DNA of 64,000 nucleotides from Candidatus Heimdallarchaeota archaeon (GTDB lineage Archaea > Asgardarchaeota > Heimdallarchaeia > Heimdallarchaeales > Heimdallarchaeaceae), in NCBI GenBank assembly GCA_016839945.1, contig JAEOTE010000090.1, positions 1-64,000 on the forward strand, read 5' to 3'. Below are positions 21,310 to 30,801 of this stretch, piece after piece. The position numbers were made by a program, and so were the translations under genes. How positions within the stretch are numbered: position 1 is the first letter of the stretch; each line of letters begins with the position of its first letter. The notes below the pieces were generated by a model. It ran no database searches and was not told where the DNA came from. It saw nothing but the letters and a program-made list of their open reading frames with translations.

Positions 21310-21720
21310 TTATTTTCTTAATGGTTTAACAGCTGTGGATGCACCACAAGCATCACAACGTTTCCATAATATTCTGGATTCAGCAACTAGTTTGGTATCA
21401 GGTTTACTACACTCGTTACATATGACATATTCCTTAACGTATCTTTCCAGTAAACTTTGGAGAGTAACTCTAGCATGTTTTCCAGCGAATACAGCACGAG
21501 CACCTTCCATTGTTACAGATGTTGCTAATTCACCAGCCATAAATTTAAGAAAATGATTTTCTTCTCTATTTATTGTTTCCAAGATTTCTCTTATGTTTAC
21601 AATGAAAGTTTTGTTTCCCTCAACAACTGAACGAATTATGGGTATTTCAAATCTTGATTGTTCAAAGACCTTTTCAGGTAGTTGACTTCTTGCTCGTTCA
21701 AGTAATTCTTTGTATTCCAT
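21310..21720 (-). CDS. eif2b: Translation initiation factor aIF-2 beta
   Basis: YKELLERA, RFEIP, EGNKT, YVICNECSKPDT...CDACGA zinc ribbon. Confidence 0.96.
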   Translation of the reverse strand: MEYKELLERARSQLPEKVFEQSRFEIPIIRSVVEGNKTFIVNIREILETINREENHFLKFMAGELATSVTMEGARAVFAGKHARVTLQSLLERYVKEYVICNECSKPDTKLVAESRILWKRCDACGASTAVKPLRK

Positions 21721-21854
21721 TTTAATACCTCAACTTCCTCTTTCAGTTATCCTTTTTGTTTGTTTCGTTTAAGTCTTCTTTTTTGTTATTCATTTTCTTC
21801 ATTACATCAAAAACTATTTTAACACAAATCGTTTTCCTATTTTGAGGTTTATAT

Positions 21855-22232
21855 TTGAGTAGTAGAGGCAAAAAACCCACAAAAGGAGGAAAAAAACCTA
21901 AAAAAGGTACTCGAGCAGGAGATTGGGTTACAGCTGATTCAGATGCAATCAGAGCGCAATTACCTGGTGAAGGAGAAGTTTTTGGTATTGTTATTCAGAT
22001 TTTAGGAGCTAGTATTCTTCTAGTTAAATGTCTAGATGGTTTTACAAGACAAATTCGTATCCCAGGTAAATATCGAAAACGTCTTTGGTGTAGAGTTGGG
22101 GATGTAGTTATTATTATGCCTTTCTATGGTATGAATCCAGATGAAAAGGGAGAGCTCGTTCATCGTTTTCGTAGAAATGAAGTTCAATGGTTAATAAATA
22201 ATAAGCATATTCCAGAGGACTTTATTTCATAA
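21855..22232 (+). CDS. eif1a: Translation initiation factor aIF-1A
   Basis: LP.EGEVFG.V...LG....V.C.DG..R..RIPGK..KRLW...GD.V; basic N-terminal tail; TTG start. Confidence 0.93.
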   Translation: MSSRGKKPTKGGKKPKKGTRAGDWVTADSDAIRAQLPGEGEVFGIVIQILGASILLVKCLDGFTRQIRIPGKYRKRLWCRVGDVVIIMPFYGMNPDEKGELVHRFRRNEVQWLINNKHIPEDFIS

Positions 22233-22411
22233 TTTATTATTGTTCTTTACAATTAGATTTTGTATTAGTATAATTAGCTTCATCAATAGTTTTATTTATC
22301 TCCCAAACCGTATTCAGATAGAAAGCTTTAGCTTTGGAATTAATCGCCCCCTAAAGCAAATCGCTCTGTTGACAAAAACTCACTCTCAATAACAGTAAAT
22401 TATGTGATTAC

Positions 22412-23212
22412 ATGTCTCAAAAGGATATTGATCAAATAGATCAGAAGTTAGACAAATCTCGAATGCGAGAAAAGGATAGAGATACGCTTAAAGTAATTGA
22501 GAGTGTGTTCGATTTTCAAACAAGCATGTTAATAGTAAAATTGATGAATAAAGGAATTTTAAAAGAAATAGGATTTGTTGTTTCAACAGGTAAAGAGGCT
22601 AATGTATACCATGCTTATGGACCTAAGAATGAAGAGTTAGCTATTAAGATTTATAGAACTACAACTGCAGATTTTAAGAGAAATTGGATGTATGTAGAAG
22701 GAGATCCACGTTTTAAACGATACAAGAAGGGGACTTATGCATTTATCTACACATGGGCAAAAAAAGAATTTAAGAATTTACAGAGAATGAACAAGGCTAA
22801 TGTAAGGGTTCCAGTTCCTGTCATAGTTTCAAAAAATGTCTTAGTAATGGAGTTTATTGGTAAAAAAGAAACTGCTGCACCTCTCTTAAAGGATGTTGCA
22901 ATTAAGAAACCCCAAAAAGTTTACTCAACTGTGGTAGAGTACATTTTTAGATTATACGAAGAAGGAAAACTTGTTCACGCAGATTTAAGTGAGTATAACA
23001 TACTCTATTACAATAAAGAACCCATCTTTATTGATGTCTCTCAATCCGTTCTTCTAGATCATCCACATGCTGCAGTATTTCTTTATAGAGACATAAGTAA
23101 CATTAACAGGTATTTTAGTAGTCTTGGAGTACAAATTATGACAAATGATGAACTTTATGAAAATATTACTAATTCAGAGCCTAGCCCTAAAGTTAAAGCA
23201 ATCGAAATATAA
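22412..23212 (+). CDS. rio1: RIO1 serine/threonine kinase
   Basis: STGKEANVY, AIKIY, GDPRF, LVMEFIG, LVHADLSEYN, IDVSQSV...HP. Confidence 0.96.
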   Translation: MSQKDIDQIDQKLDKSRMREKDRDTLKVIESVFDFQTSMLIVKLMNKGILKEIGFVVSTGKEANVYHAYGPKNEELAIKIYRTTTADFKRNWMYVEGDPRFKRYKKGTYAFIYTWAKKEFKNLQRMNKANVRVPVPVIVSKNVLVMEFIGKKETAAPLLKDVAIKKPQKVYSTVVEYIFRLYEEGKLVHADLSEYNILYYNKEPIFIDVSQSVLLDHPHAAVFLYRDISNINRYFSSLGVQIMTNDELYENITNSEPSPKVKAIEI

Positions 23213-23884
23213 TTGGTGTCAAATATGTCAAGTGAGTTTCTTGTGCGAATTCCCTTAGAAAGAGTAGCTGTATTAATTGGACCTAAGGGAAGTACAAAAA
23301 AGAAGATAGAAGAATTAACCGAATGCAAACTTATGATAGATAGTAATAGTGGAGATGTTATAATTCTTGCAGAAGAAGAATTGGAAGACCCAATTAGTAT
23401 GTGGAAAGCAAGAGATATGATTAAAGCTATTGGGCGTGGATTCAGTCCACAAAACGCATATAAGATTAATAATCCTGGATGGGGATTTGATTTAATTCAA
23501 ATAAGAGAATTCGTAGGAACCTCACCAAACGCTTCGAGGGAAGTTAGATCTCGAGTAATAGGGAAGAATGGAAGAACGAGAAACATAATTGAACAGTCTA
23601 CTGGATCAAATGTCTCAATTTTTGGGAATACGATTGGTATAATCGCAGAGTTCAACAAAGTTCAATATATCAGAGAGGGGATAATTAAACTGATCAATGG
23701 TGCTAAACATAATACTGTCTATAAATATTTAGAACAAAGAATGAGGGAACTTAAGGGAGATAAAGACAAACTATGGGTAAAGCACGCAGATGAAGAGGAT
23801 CTTGTTAGTATAACCGACTTAGATGAATTAGAGAAAGTAGTTTTCGAGGAAGAGGAGAAAGCGAAAGAACAGAATGATGAATAG
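23213..23884 (+). CDS. KH-domain pre-rRNA processing protein (Dim2/Pno1-like)
   Basis: LIGPKG, AIGRGFSP, RVIGKNGRTR, GAKH..VY; conserved position after aIF-1A and RIO1. Confidence 0.92.
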   Translation: MVSNMSSEFLVRIPLERVAVLIGPKGSTKKKIEELTECKLMIDSNSGDVIILAEEELEDPISMWKARDMIKAIGRGFSPQNAYKINNPGWGFDLIQIREFVGTSPNASREVRSRVIGKNGRTRNIIEQSTGSNVSIFGNTIGIIAEFNKVQYIREGIIKLINGAKHNTVYKYLEQRMRELKGDKDKLWVKHADEEDLVSITDLDELEKVVFEEEEKAKEQNDE

Positions 23885-23900
23885 TTCAAGAGAATAGGGG

Positions 23901-24551
23901 ATGATGGTTAACATGAATCCAATTCTGTATGATTTACACATTCACAGTCACTTTTCTTTCGACTGTAAAAGTGATCCAAAAGAAATAATCAAAGTAGCTA
24001 AAAAGAAAAATTTAGCAGGAATAGCAATTACAGATCACAATAAAGTTAATTTTCACTTAAAGGAATATGATAACAAAGGTTTACTAGTAATACCTGGAAT
24101 TGAAGTTTCTACTGAAAAAGGTCACGTAATAGGATTAGGTATTAAAGAGCTAATTGAGAGAAAAATGTCTGTTGCAGAAACTATTGAAAAGATATTAGAA
24201 TTAGGAGGACAACCAGTTATTCCTCACCCTTTTGATTTTACAAGAAGAGGTATTGGCAAAGAAATTTATAAACTCAAAAAAATACCCATAGAAACTCAAA
24301 ATGCATCTTGTCCTTTGCAGCTATTTAATAGAAAAGCTAAGAAATGGGCTGAGAAAAACAAGCTTCCTCAAACAGGAGGAAGTGATTCTCATAGAATACA
24401 AGATATAGGTATGGCTTTTACAATCTTCAAAGAAGAGTTAGAAACTATAGATGATGTATTAGAAGCTATTAGAAAGAGAAAGTCTTCTTCAGGAGGTACT
24501 CATTTATCTATACCTGAGAAGATTATAAGAGCTTTTCAGATTCATTTTTAA
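23901..24551 (+). CDS. PHP-domain metal-dependent phosphoesterase
   Basis: DLHIHS, AITDHN, GIEVST..GH, PHPF, GGSDSH. Confidence 0.92.
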   Translation: MMVNMNPILYDLHIHSHFSFDCKSDPKEIIKVAKKKNLAGIAITDHNKVNFHLKEYDNKGLLVIPGIEVSTEKGHVIGLGIKELIERKMSVAETIEKILELGGQPVIPHPFDFTRRGIGKEIYKLKKIPIETQNASCPLQLFNRKAKKWAEKNKLPQTGGSDSHRIQDIGMAFTIFKEELETIDDVLEAIRKRKSSSGGTHLSIPEKIIRAFQIHF

Positions 24552-24610
24552 AATTTAATTTACATATTTTTAAACAGAAGTAGAATAAAAATAAGAGTAG
24601 AATGTGGAGC

Positions 24611-24766
24611 TTAGAAAGCGTTGTTTTTATTCCACATTTCTTCTTTTAACAAGTCACGAATTGCAACTCGTATACACTCACTTCTATTAGGGTATCTCTT
24701 TAACCTTACCAACTCATCTAAATCATGAAGGAATTCATCTGGTAGATGTACTGTTACTAATTTCAT
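24611..24766 (-). CDS. Ribbon-helix-helix (CopG/CdrS-like) regulator
   Basis: MKLVTVHLP...LDELV...YPNRSECIRVAIRDLL; GAGGTG SD precedes ATG 24766. Confidence 0.88.
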   Translation of the reverse strand: MKLVTVHLPDEFLHDLDELVRLKRYPNRSECIRVAIRDLLKEEMWNKNNAF

Positions 24767-24976
24767 TTCATATACACCTCTGATTCCACTTTTCATTTTG
24801 TATTTAAAGGAAATGTAATATTAGGAGAATATACTTCTCTATTTTCACATAATTTACTGGTATGATTCCTTCAGAAAAAGAAAGAGAAGAATTCTCTTTA
24901 AAACCTCTGGATATCTTCCTTTTTGGGATTTAAAAGGTAATACATCTAGTTCTTAATTTTTGAAGCATATCCAGAA

Positions 24977-27028
24977 CTACTTTACTTCAGTTCCAGGAGG
25001 TACTTTTTTATCTAAATTTAGTAAAATTGGTTCACCATCAATGTCTGCAGCTAGAAGCATTCCATCAGATTTTTCACCCATCAATGTTGCAGGTTGCAAA
25101 TTGGTTACAACAACAATTTGTTTTCCCACTAATTTCTCAGGTTCATAATGTTGTTTAATTCCAGCAAGAATTTGTCTTTCTTCTGTTCCTAAGTCTATTT
25201 GTAATTTTATTAAATTCTTACTTTTTTCCAATGGAGTAGCACTTTTTATTGTAGCTATCTTAATTTGAACATTCTTAAATTCGTCATAAGTTATTTTATT
25301 CATTTTATTTCCACTTTCCTTCTCTTTTTTCTTGGCTTTCTCTCTTATTTCTTTTAGATTATTTTTTATCTCATTTTCCTTAACTTTGTAGAAAATTGGT
25401 TTTATTTTCTTAATTTTTTGTCCTGTATTTAATTTGTTTAAATCAATGGTTTCTAACCCTTCATCCACAGGTTTTCCATTGAATCCTAAAGCTAACCAAA
25501 TCTTTTCTGACGCATTAGGTATAATAGGCCACAAAAGAATAGATATTACTTCAGAAATTTTAGCTGAAAGATTCAGAACAGTTCCAGTTTTTTCTTTGTC
25601 TTTCTTAATTAAATGCCAAGGTTCAACAGATGAGAAGTATTGATTACCTAGTCTAGCAATGTTTACAGCAATGTTCGTTGCATCTTTGATTTTGAAATTA
25701 TCCATTGCTTTAAGATAAGATTCAATATTTTCCTCTATTTTAGTGAGTAATTCTTCCTCTATGTCTGTTAACTTTCCTCTTTTAGGGATTTTTCCTTCAA
25801 AATGCTGGATTGTAAATGTAATTGTTCTATGTATGAAGTTACCTACGACATCATTGAGATCAACATTGATAGTAGAAGCAAAATCATCCCATTCAAAGTA
25901 GAAATCTTTAAGCTCTGCTCTGTTAACACTCATAAAGTATCTCCAATAATCTGCAGGCAATGTTTCTATAGCTTCATCACACCATATTCCTATACCTTTT
26001 GACTTAGAGAAAGGTCCTTCTTTGAACTGGATGAAGTTTGTTGTTGCAACAGCATAAGGTAATGGATAAGAATCTCCTGTTGCTAAGAGCATTGCAGGAA
26101 AAATCAAAGCATGAAATATTATATTGTCCTTACCAATACAGAAGACTGTTTTTGTATTTTTGTCTAACCAAAAATCCTTGAAGCGTTCTGGTTTTTCTTG
26201 TTCTTCTGCTAGTAATTTAACTGTACTAATATAACCAAGAACATTTTCAAACCAAACATAGAGAACTTTGTCTTTATACTCTTCACCAAAGATTGGGGCA
26301 ATTGGAATGCCCCAAGTCATATCTCGTGAAATTGGTCTTTCAATCAAACCTTCTTCAATCATACTTAGAAGTTTTTGTTTTGCGAATATTGGAATATGTT
26401 TATTCTCTTTAGCGAATTTGTTCAATTCCTTAGAGAAAGCTGGAAGATCAAAATACCAATGACTAGTTTTCCTAAGGACAGGTTTTCGAAGGCAAGTTAT
26501 ACAATGAGGTTTGATTAAATCAGTAGGTTTGAGTATGGCTTCACACTCAGGATTGGTGCATTGATCACCTCTAGCACCTTCTGCATTACATATTGGACAT
26601 TTTCCTTCTACAAATCTATCTGGAAGAAATCTTTTATCGTGTTCACAATAAAATTGTTCTGTTTCTTTGAGTTTGAAATATCCATTCTTATGTATTTTTT
26701 TATGAAATCCTTGAACAAACGATATGTGTGTTGGATTATGAGTTATTGTATATTTATCAAATTCAATATTCCATTCTTCTAGAAGTTTTAGGGTTTGATT
26801 ATGATATTTTGATGCTAATTCTTCTGGAGATAATCCTGCGGCTTCTGCTGCAACTACAATTGGTGTACCATGGGCATCAGATCCACTAACATAGATAACA
26901 TCATGTTTTCTAAGCTTATGATAACGAGTTATTACATCTCCCCACAATAATTGGGAAAAAGTCCCTAAATGAGGTACATAATTTACATATGGCCATGCTG
27001 CCGTGATTACCCATTTCTCTTTAGACAT
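24977..27028 (-). CDS. metG: Methionyl-tRNA synthetase with C-terminal tRNA-binding (Trbp111-like) domain
   Basis: AWPYVN..PHLG, SGSDAHGTPI, zinc knuckle, LYVWF, IGKDNIIFH, FSKS, C-terminal NL.PA..MG..S.GM. Confidence 0.96.
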   Translation of the reverse strand: MSKEKWVITAAWPYVNYVPHLGTFSQLLWGDVITRYHKLRKHDVIYVSGSDAHGTPIVVAAEAAGLSPEELASKYHNQTLKLLEEWNIEFDKYTITHNPTHISFVQGFHKKIHKNGYFKLKETEQFYCEHDKRFLPDRFVEGKCPICNAEGARGDQCTNPECEAILKPTDLIKPHCITCLRKPVLRKTSHWYFDLPAFSKELNKFAKENKHIPIFAKQKLLSMIEEGLIERPISRDMTWGIPIAPIFGEEYKDKVLYVWFENVLGYISTVKLLAEEQEKPERFKDFWLDKNTKTVFCIGKDNIIFHALIFPAMLLATGDSYPLPYAVATTNFIQFKEGPFSKSKGIGIWCDEAIETLPADYWRYFMSVNRAELKDFYFEWDDFASTINVDLNDVVGNFIHRTITFTIQHFEGKIPKRGKLTDIEEELLTKIEENIESYLKAMDNFKIKDATNIAVNIARLGNQYFSSVEPWHLIKKDKEKTGTVLNLSAKISEVISILLWPIIPNASEKIWLALGFNGKPVDEGLETIDLNKLNTGQKIKKIKPIFYKVKENEIKNNLKEIREKAKKKEKESGNKMNKITYDEFKNVQIKIATIKSATPLEKSKNLIKLQIDLGTEERQILAGIKQHYEPEKLVGKQIVVVTNLQPATLMGEKSDGMLLAADIDGEPILLNLDKKVPPGTEVK

Positions 27029-27283
27029 TGTTAATCACCTTATCCAATTTTACTTTAATTCTCAGTTTCTCTTCTTTAGACTCCAGAAAACTTATTGTTT
27101 TTTGTGTCTTTTGGAAAGAATCTAAATTTGATGGTGAAAGAAACTTTACACTAAATAAATTTGCAAAAAGAAGTTCAGAATCCTTTTTGGGAGTCCATTT
27201 CGTGATTCCTCTGCAAAACCACTTTACCACCAATTCCTACAATATGCTTCCTATTTAAAAAGTTAATGTATACAAATGTGCAT

Positions 27284-28420
27284 TTACTTATTAGACAGTT
27301 TGTAGTACAGCTTCTCGATTTGGTTTGTTACATTTTGAAAAGAAAATTCCTTTCTTATTCTTTTTCTAGCTTTTTGTGCTTTGTTTACATAAACAGAATA
27401 ATTCTCAATCATGCTAATAATAGCAGTCTCTAAAGATTTGACATTTCCAACCTCAAAGAGTATCCCATCATCACCATTTCTTAAAAGACGAGGTATATCT
27501 CCTATATTTGAAGCAATTACTGGTATCCCCATGGCCATAGCTTCAATAATGATTGTTGGAGAGCCTTCCCAAAAACTTGGCAATACTAAAACATTAGTTT
27601 TACTAAGAAGGTTGGGTATAGATGAATGTTCTACAGCTCCATAGATTTTAACTCGTTTTTCTTTTTTGAATACCTCTTTTAATACTGAATAAAGCGAACC
27701 ATAACCAATGAACCAAAAAGAAAGTTTCTTTGTTCTCTTGAGAAGTGTTTTGATAACTTCAGTGTAATAACCAACACCTTTCCAAGGTTCTAAATCACCA
27801 ATATATGTAATTATTTGATCATTATTTATTTCTGGTTCTACTTCAGGAAAGACTTCTAGGTTTATTGCGTTATTAACAATCATTACCCTTTCTTTTCTTC
27901 TGTGGATAGTATTTTTTAGTAAATCAGCATCATATGCACTGACTGATGCTATGATATCTGCTTGAGATAGAACAAATCGTCCTAAAGTAATATCATAAAA
28001 TTTCTTTGCGAATTCTTTCACAAAACCTGTTCTATACGGAGGACTACCCACACCCCCATGGATGTGTAGAAGTGTTGGAATTTTTCTAAGCATCTTAGCA
28101 ATAGCAGCTTGGATTGTTGTAAAATAAATGAATGAATGTACATGAAAAACATCTACATTCTGAACTTTCAGTAATTTATGAAGCATAATGCATGCAGGAT
28201 TTATTCCAAAAACATCCCAAGGACTGAAAAACCTATGAACTGTCATGTTTGTATAATAGCTTTGGTAAGGAACCTCTGTTGACTTTTTTGTTGTAAAGAC
28301 ATCAATGTAATGACCCTTTTTGACAAGTTCTTTTGAAAGATAACTTACATATCGTTCAGTTCCTCCATAGGTCTTCGAATCGAAAAAAGGAGTCACTTGG
28401 ACAATATGTAAAGAATCCAT
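27284..28420 (-). CDS. Glycosyltransferase family 4
   Basis: GGTERY, HVHS, LPSFWEGSP..IIEAMAMG.PVI. Confidence 0.92.
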   Translation of the reverse strand: MDSLHIVQVTPFFDSKTYGGTERYVSYLSKELVKKGHYIDVFTTKKSTEVPYQSYYTNMTVHRFFSPWDVFGINPACIMLHKLLKVQNVDVFHVHSFIYFTTIQAAIAKMLRKIPTLLHIHGGVGSPPYRTGFVKEFAKKFYDITLGRFVLSQADIIASVSAYDADLLKNTIHRRKERVMIVNNAINLEVFPEVEPEINNDQIITYIGDLEPWKGVGYYTEVIKTLLKRTKKLSFWFIGYGSLYSVLKEVFKKEKRVKIYGAVEHSSIPNLLSKTNVLVLPSFWEGSPTIIIEAMAMGIPVIASNIGDIPRLLRNGDDGILFEVGNVKSLETAIISMIENYSVYVNKAQKARKRIRKEFSFQNVTNQIEKLYYKLSNK

Positions 28421-28431
28421 GTTTTTTTCAC

Positions 28432-30087
28432 CTATATATGATATAAAAGATAATTCTTACCATTACTTGTTACTAGATGGAAAGTTGGAAGGGTTAGTTG
28501 AAGTGAGTTTAGATAGTATGATATGTTGCTACTTGACAAAATCAAAGGAGTGCCTAACCATTGATCCATCGTTACACTAATTACAATGAAACGAAGATGC
28601 GTTGATATTAGTCTAAATCTGTTTTGTTCCATAGAAGAGTTAGCATCCAATAATAAGGGTATTCTGTAAATATCGATACCTTCAATGTATTTTGAAATAG
28701 AAAAAGGCACACTCATGCTATTGTTATATACGGTCATATTAACATAACTCTGCATGCTATTTGCAAAAGTTACATTTTGATAATCATTAGTTAAATTATA
28801 GCCAGGAAGATACTGTTTCCCCAAATAATTAATACTCAAATATGAATTAAAAAGCAAAACAGACAGCAAAATAGGGATCCATCTTCTTTTTAGGGTTTTC
28901 AATAAGCTTGAAACTGATAAATAAGCTAAAAGTCCTATGAAAATCAGAGTAAAGATAAAGGTACGTGGAGCTACCCATGAGAGCTCATGCTCTGTAGAAC
29001 TGAATGTTAATGAGAATACAACAGTCAGACCATAAAAACAAAAACCTAATGCAAACAGTGCATATTTGATATTGTCTGGGAAGAAGAGTGCTACACCACT
29101 TAGAAGAACGACAATAATTAGCTCAACCGTTATATACCAAGAAGGGAGGTTTGCACTGTAGATAAATAAACCTATGATTTCCACCAATATAATGGCCCCA
29201 ACAATGAAAGCTAAGGAATATTTTGTAAATTTACGTTTGGAAAAGAATTCCGAAATCTTTTTTCCGTATCTTCTTCTAATTATAAAACCGATTAAAGTTA
29301 TGATTACCCATAAAGCTAAGAAAGAGAATTCATTTTTGATAAAGACATTGAAAAGGGTTTCATATGTTTCATTTTGTGACAAATAGTAATTCACTATTTC
29401 AAATTCTCTTGAGTTAAGGATTGTTCTAACAATTATGACTGCAGGAATTGCATAAATGAGAGATAAAATCGATTTATAGTTCTCAGCTAGAAAAATACTC
29501 GTAATAAAAATAACAGGAAGTAAAAATAAGGCAGATAAATGATGGACTCTCACAGTTACAATTGCTAAAAATCCTGCGATAATTTGTGATCGGAAGCTTT
29601 CAGGTTTACATAAATACAAATATACACACAAGCTAAACAATCCTATTCCTAAGGAATTTGGCCTTCCCAGAAACATTTGGATTCCAATAATAGCAGGATA
29701 CAGTAATATTAACGAAAAATATTGAAGATTAATATCATTCGGAATATATCCTCTTTTTTTCTTCTCTACTTGACGTATAAAAGCAATGACAGATAAATCG
29801 AATATCAAAATTGGTATTATTACGCTTATAAATTCATAAATTATCTCTGTGTTCAGACCAGTTAGAAGTGAAATGGCTGATGCAAAAACATGGAAACCTA
29901 CAAAGTCATAGTATGATTTAGCAATGTTTACTTCAATAATTTGATTATTTTGTATTATGGAATCAACATACTGTCGATGTATGTGGGCATCAAATCCATA
30001 CATCCCAACATTGAAATAAAGAATAAGAAAAATTAATGCTATTTTTCCTATTAAAATAGCTGGGATATAGAGAGATTTACGATTCAC
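28432..30087 (-). CDS. Polytopic membrane protein, GT-C/glycan-transfer-like
   Basis: GFDAHIH loop after TM1, YYDFVGFH, HHLS, more than 10 TM helices; sits in a GT cluster. Confidence 0.55.
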   Translation of the reverse strand: MNRKSLYIPAILIGKIALIFLILYFNVGMYGFDAHIHRQYVDSIIQNNQIIEVNIAKSYYDFVGFHVFASAISLLTGLNTEIIYEFISVIIPILIFDLSVIAFIRQVEKKKRGYIPNDINLQYFSLILLYPAIIGIQMFLGRPNSLGIGLFSLCVYLYLCKPESFRSQIIAGFLAIVTVRVHHLSALFLLPVIFITSIFLAENYKSILSLIYAIPAVIIVRTILNSREFEIVNYYLSQNETYETLFNVFIKNEFSFLALWVIITLIGFIIRRRYGKKISEFFSKRKFTKYSLAFIVGAIILVEIIGLFIYSANLPSWYITVELIIVVLLSGVALFFPDNIKYALFALGFCFYGLTVVFSLTFSSTEHELSWVAPRTFIFTLIFIGLLAYLSVSSLLKTLKRRWIPILLSVLLFNSYLSINYLGKQYLPGYNLTNDYQNVTFANSMQSYVNMTVYNNSMSVPFSISKYIEGIDIYRIPLLLDANSSMEQNRFRLISTHLRFIVISVTMDQWLGTPLILSSSNISYYLNSLQLTLPTFHLVTSNGKNYLLYHI

Positions 30088-30089
30088 AA

Positions 30090-30776
30090 TTACACCTTTT
30101 TATATTCTTCTAAATAAAGTTTTATTGACTCTTCTGGTTCTAAAATTGGTGAACCATGTCCTGGCATTATGGCTTTTGGATTGGATGTTTGAAACATTTT
30201 TATTGAGGAATTTATTGCTTGATCATAATCCAGAGCATAGTTTTTGTCTGGAGGGAGAATCGCAGTTCCTTCTTTATTAGTATTAATGATATCATTACAG
30301 AACAATGCTTGTGTTTCAATGTCTTCAAGAGCAATTGTTCCTGGCGTATGACCAGGTAGATGAAGTATTCTTAATCCATGAACAATTTCATTATCCTCTA
30401 CAAGCTTATCAACATTACAGGCAGGTATAGCCATAATTTTATCCAGAAGTTTAAACATAAATCCTGAAAAACCTCCTCTGGTTGGAAATTCTTCAGTTTT
30501 CATTATGTATCCGCTTTCTTTTTTATGTGATATTATTTCAGAATCATATAATCTAACTAACGTTTTAAGACCTGCAGTGTGATCTTGATGAGCATGTGTT
30601 ACAAATATAGCTTTGAGGATTTTATTAGGACATTGTTCGCTGATTTTTTGAGTAATCTTTTTCGCTTTCTTGGACATTCCAGCATCTATCAAAATACAAT
30701 ATTCATCTCTCTCAATTAAGTAACAATTTACAAAACCTGGAATAAAAAAGATTTTTTCAAAAAATCTCATGCTCAA
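30090..30776 (-). CDS. Metallo-beta-lactamase-fold hydrolase
   Basis: IDAG, THAHQDH, PGHTPG, MPGHG. Confidence 0.92.
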   Translation of the reverse strand: MSMRFFEKIFFIPGFVNCYLIERDEYCILIDAGMSKKAKKITQKISEQCPNKILKAIFVTHAHQDHTAGLKTLVRLYDSEIISHKKESGYIMKTEEFPTRGGFSGFMFKLLDKIMAIPACNVDKLVEDNEIVHGLRILHLPGHTPGTIALEDIETQALFCNDIINTNKEGTAILPPDKNYALDYDQAINSSIKMFQTSNPKAIMPGHGSPILEPEESIKLYLEEYKKV

Positions 30777-30801
30777 CTATAACTCTATCTAGATTTTAAA
30801 A

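Noticed and set aside
27021-27258. 70-aa (-) and 76-aa (+) ORFs upstream of metG; also a classical T-box or SAM-I riboswitch
   Set aside because: The ORFs have TTG starts and no recognisable motifs. No T-box antiterminator or SAM-I core consensus is visible, so only a generic structured leader is proposed.
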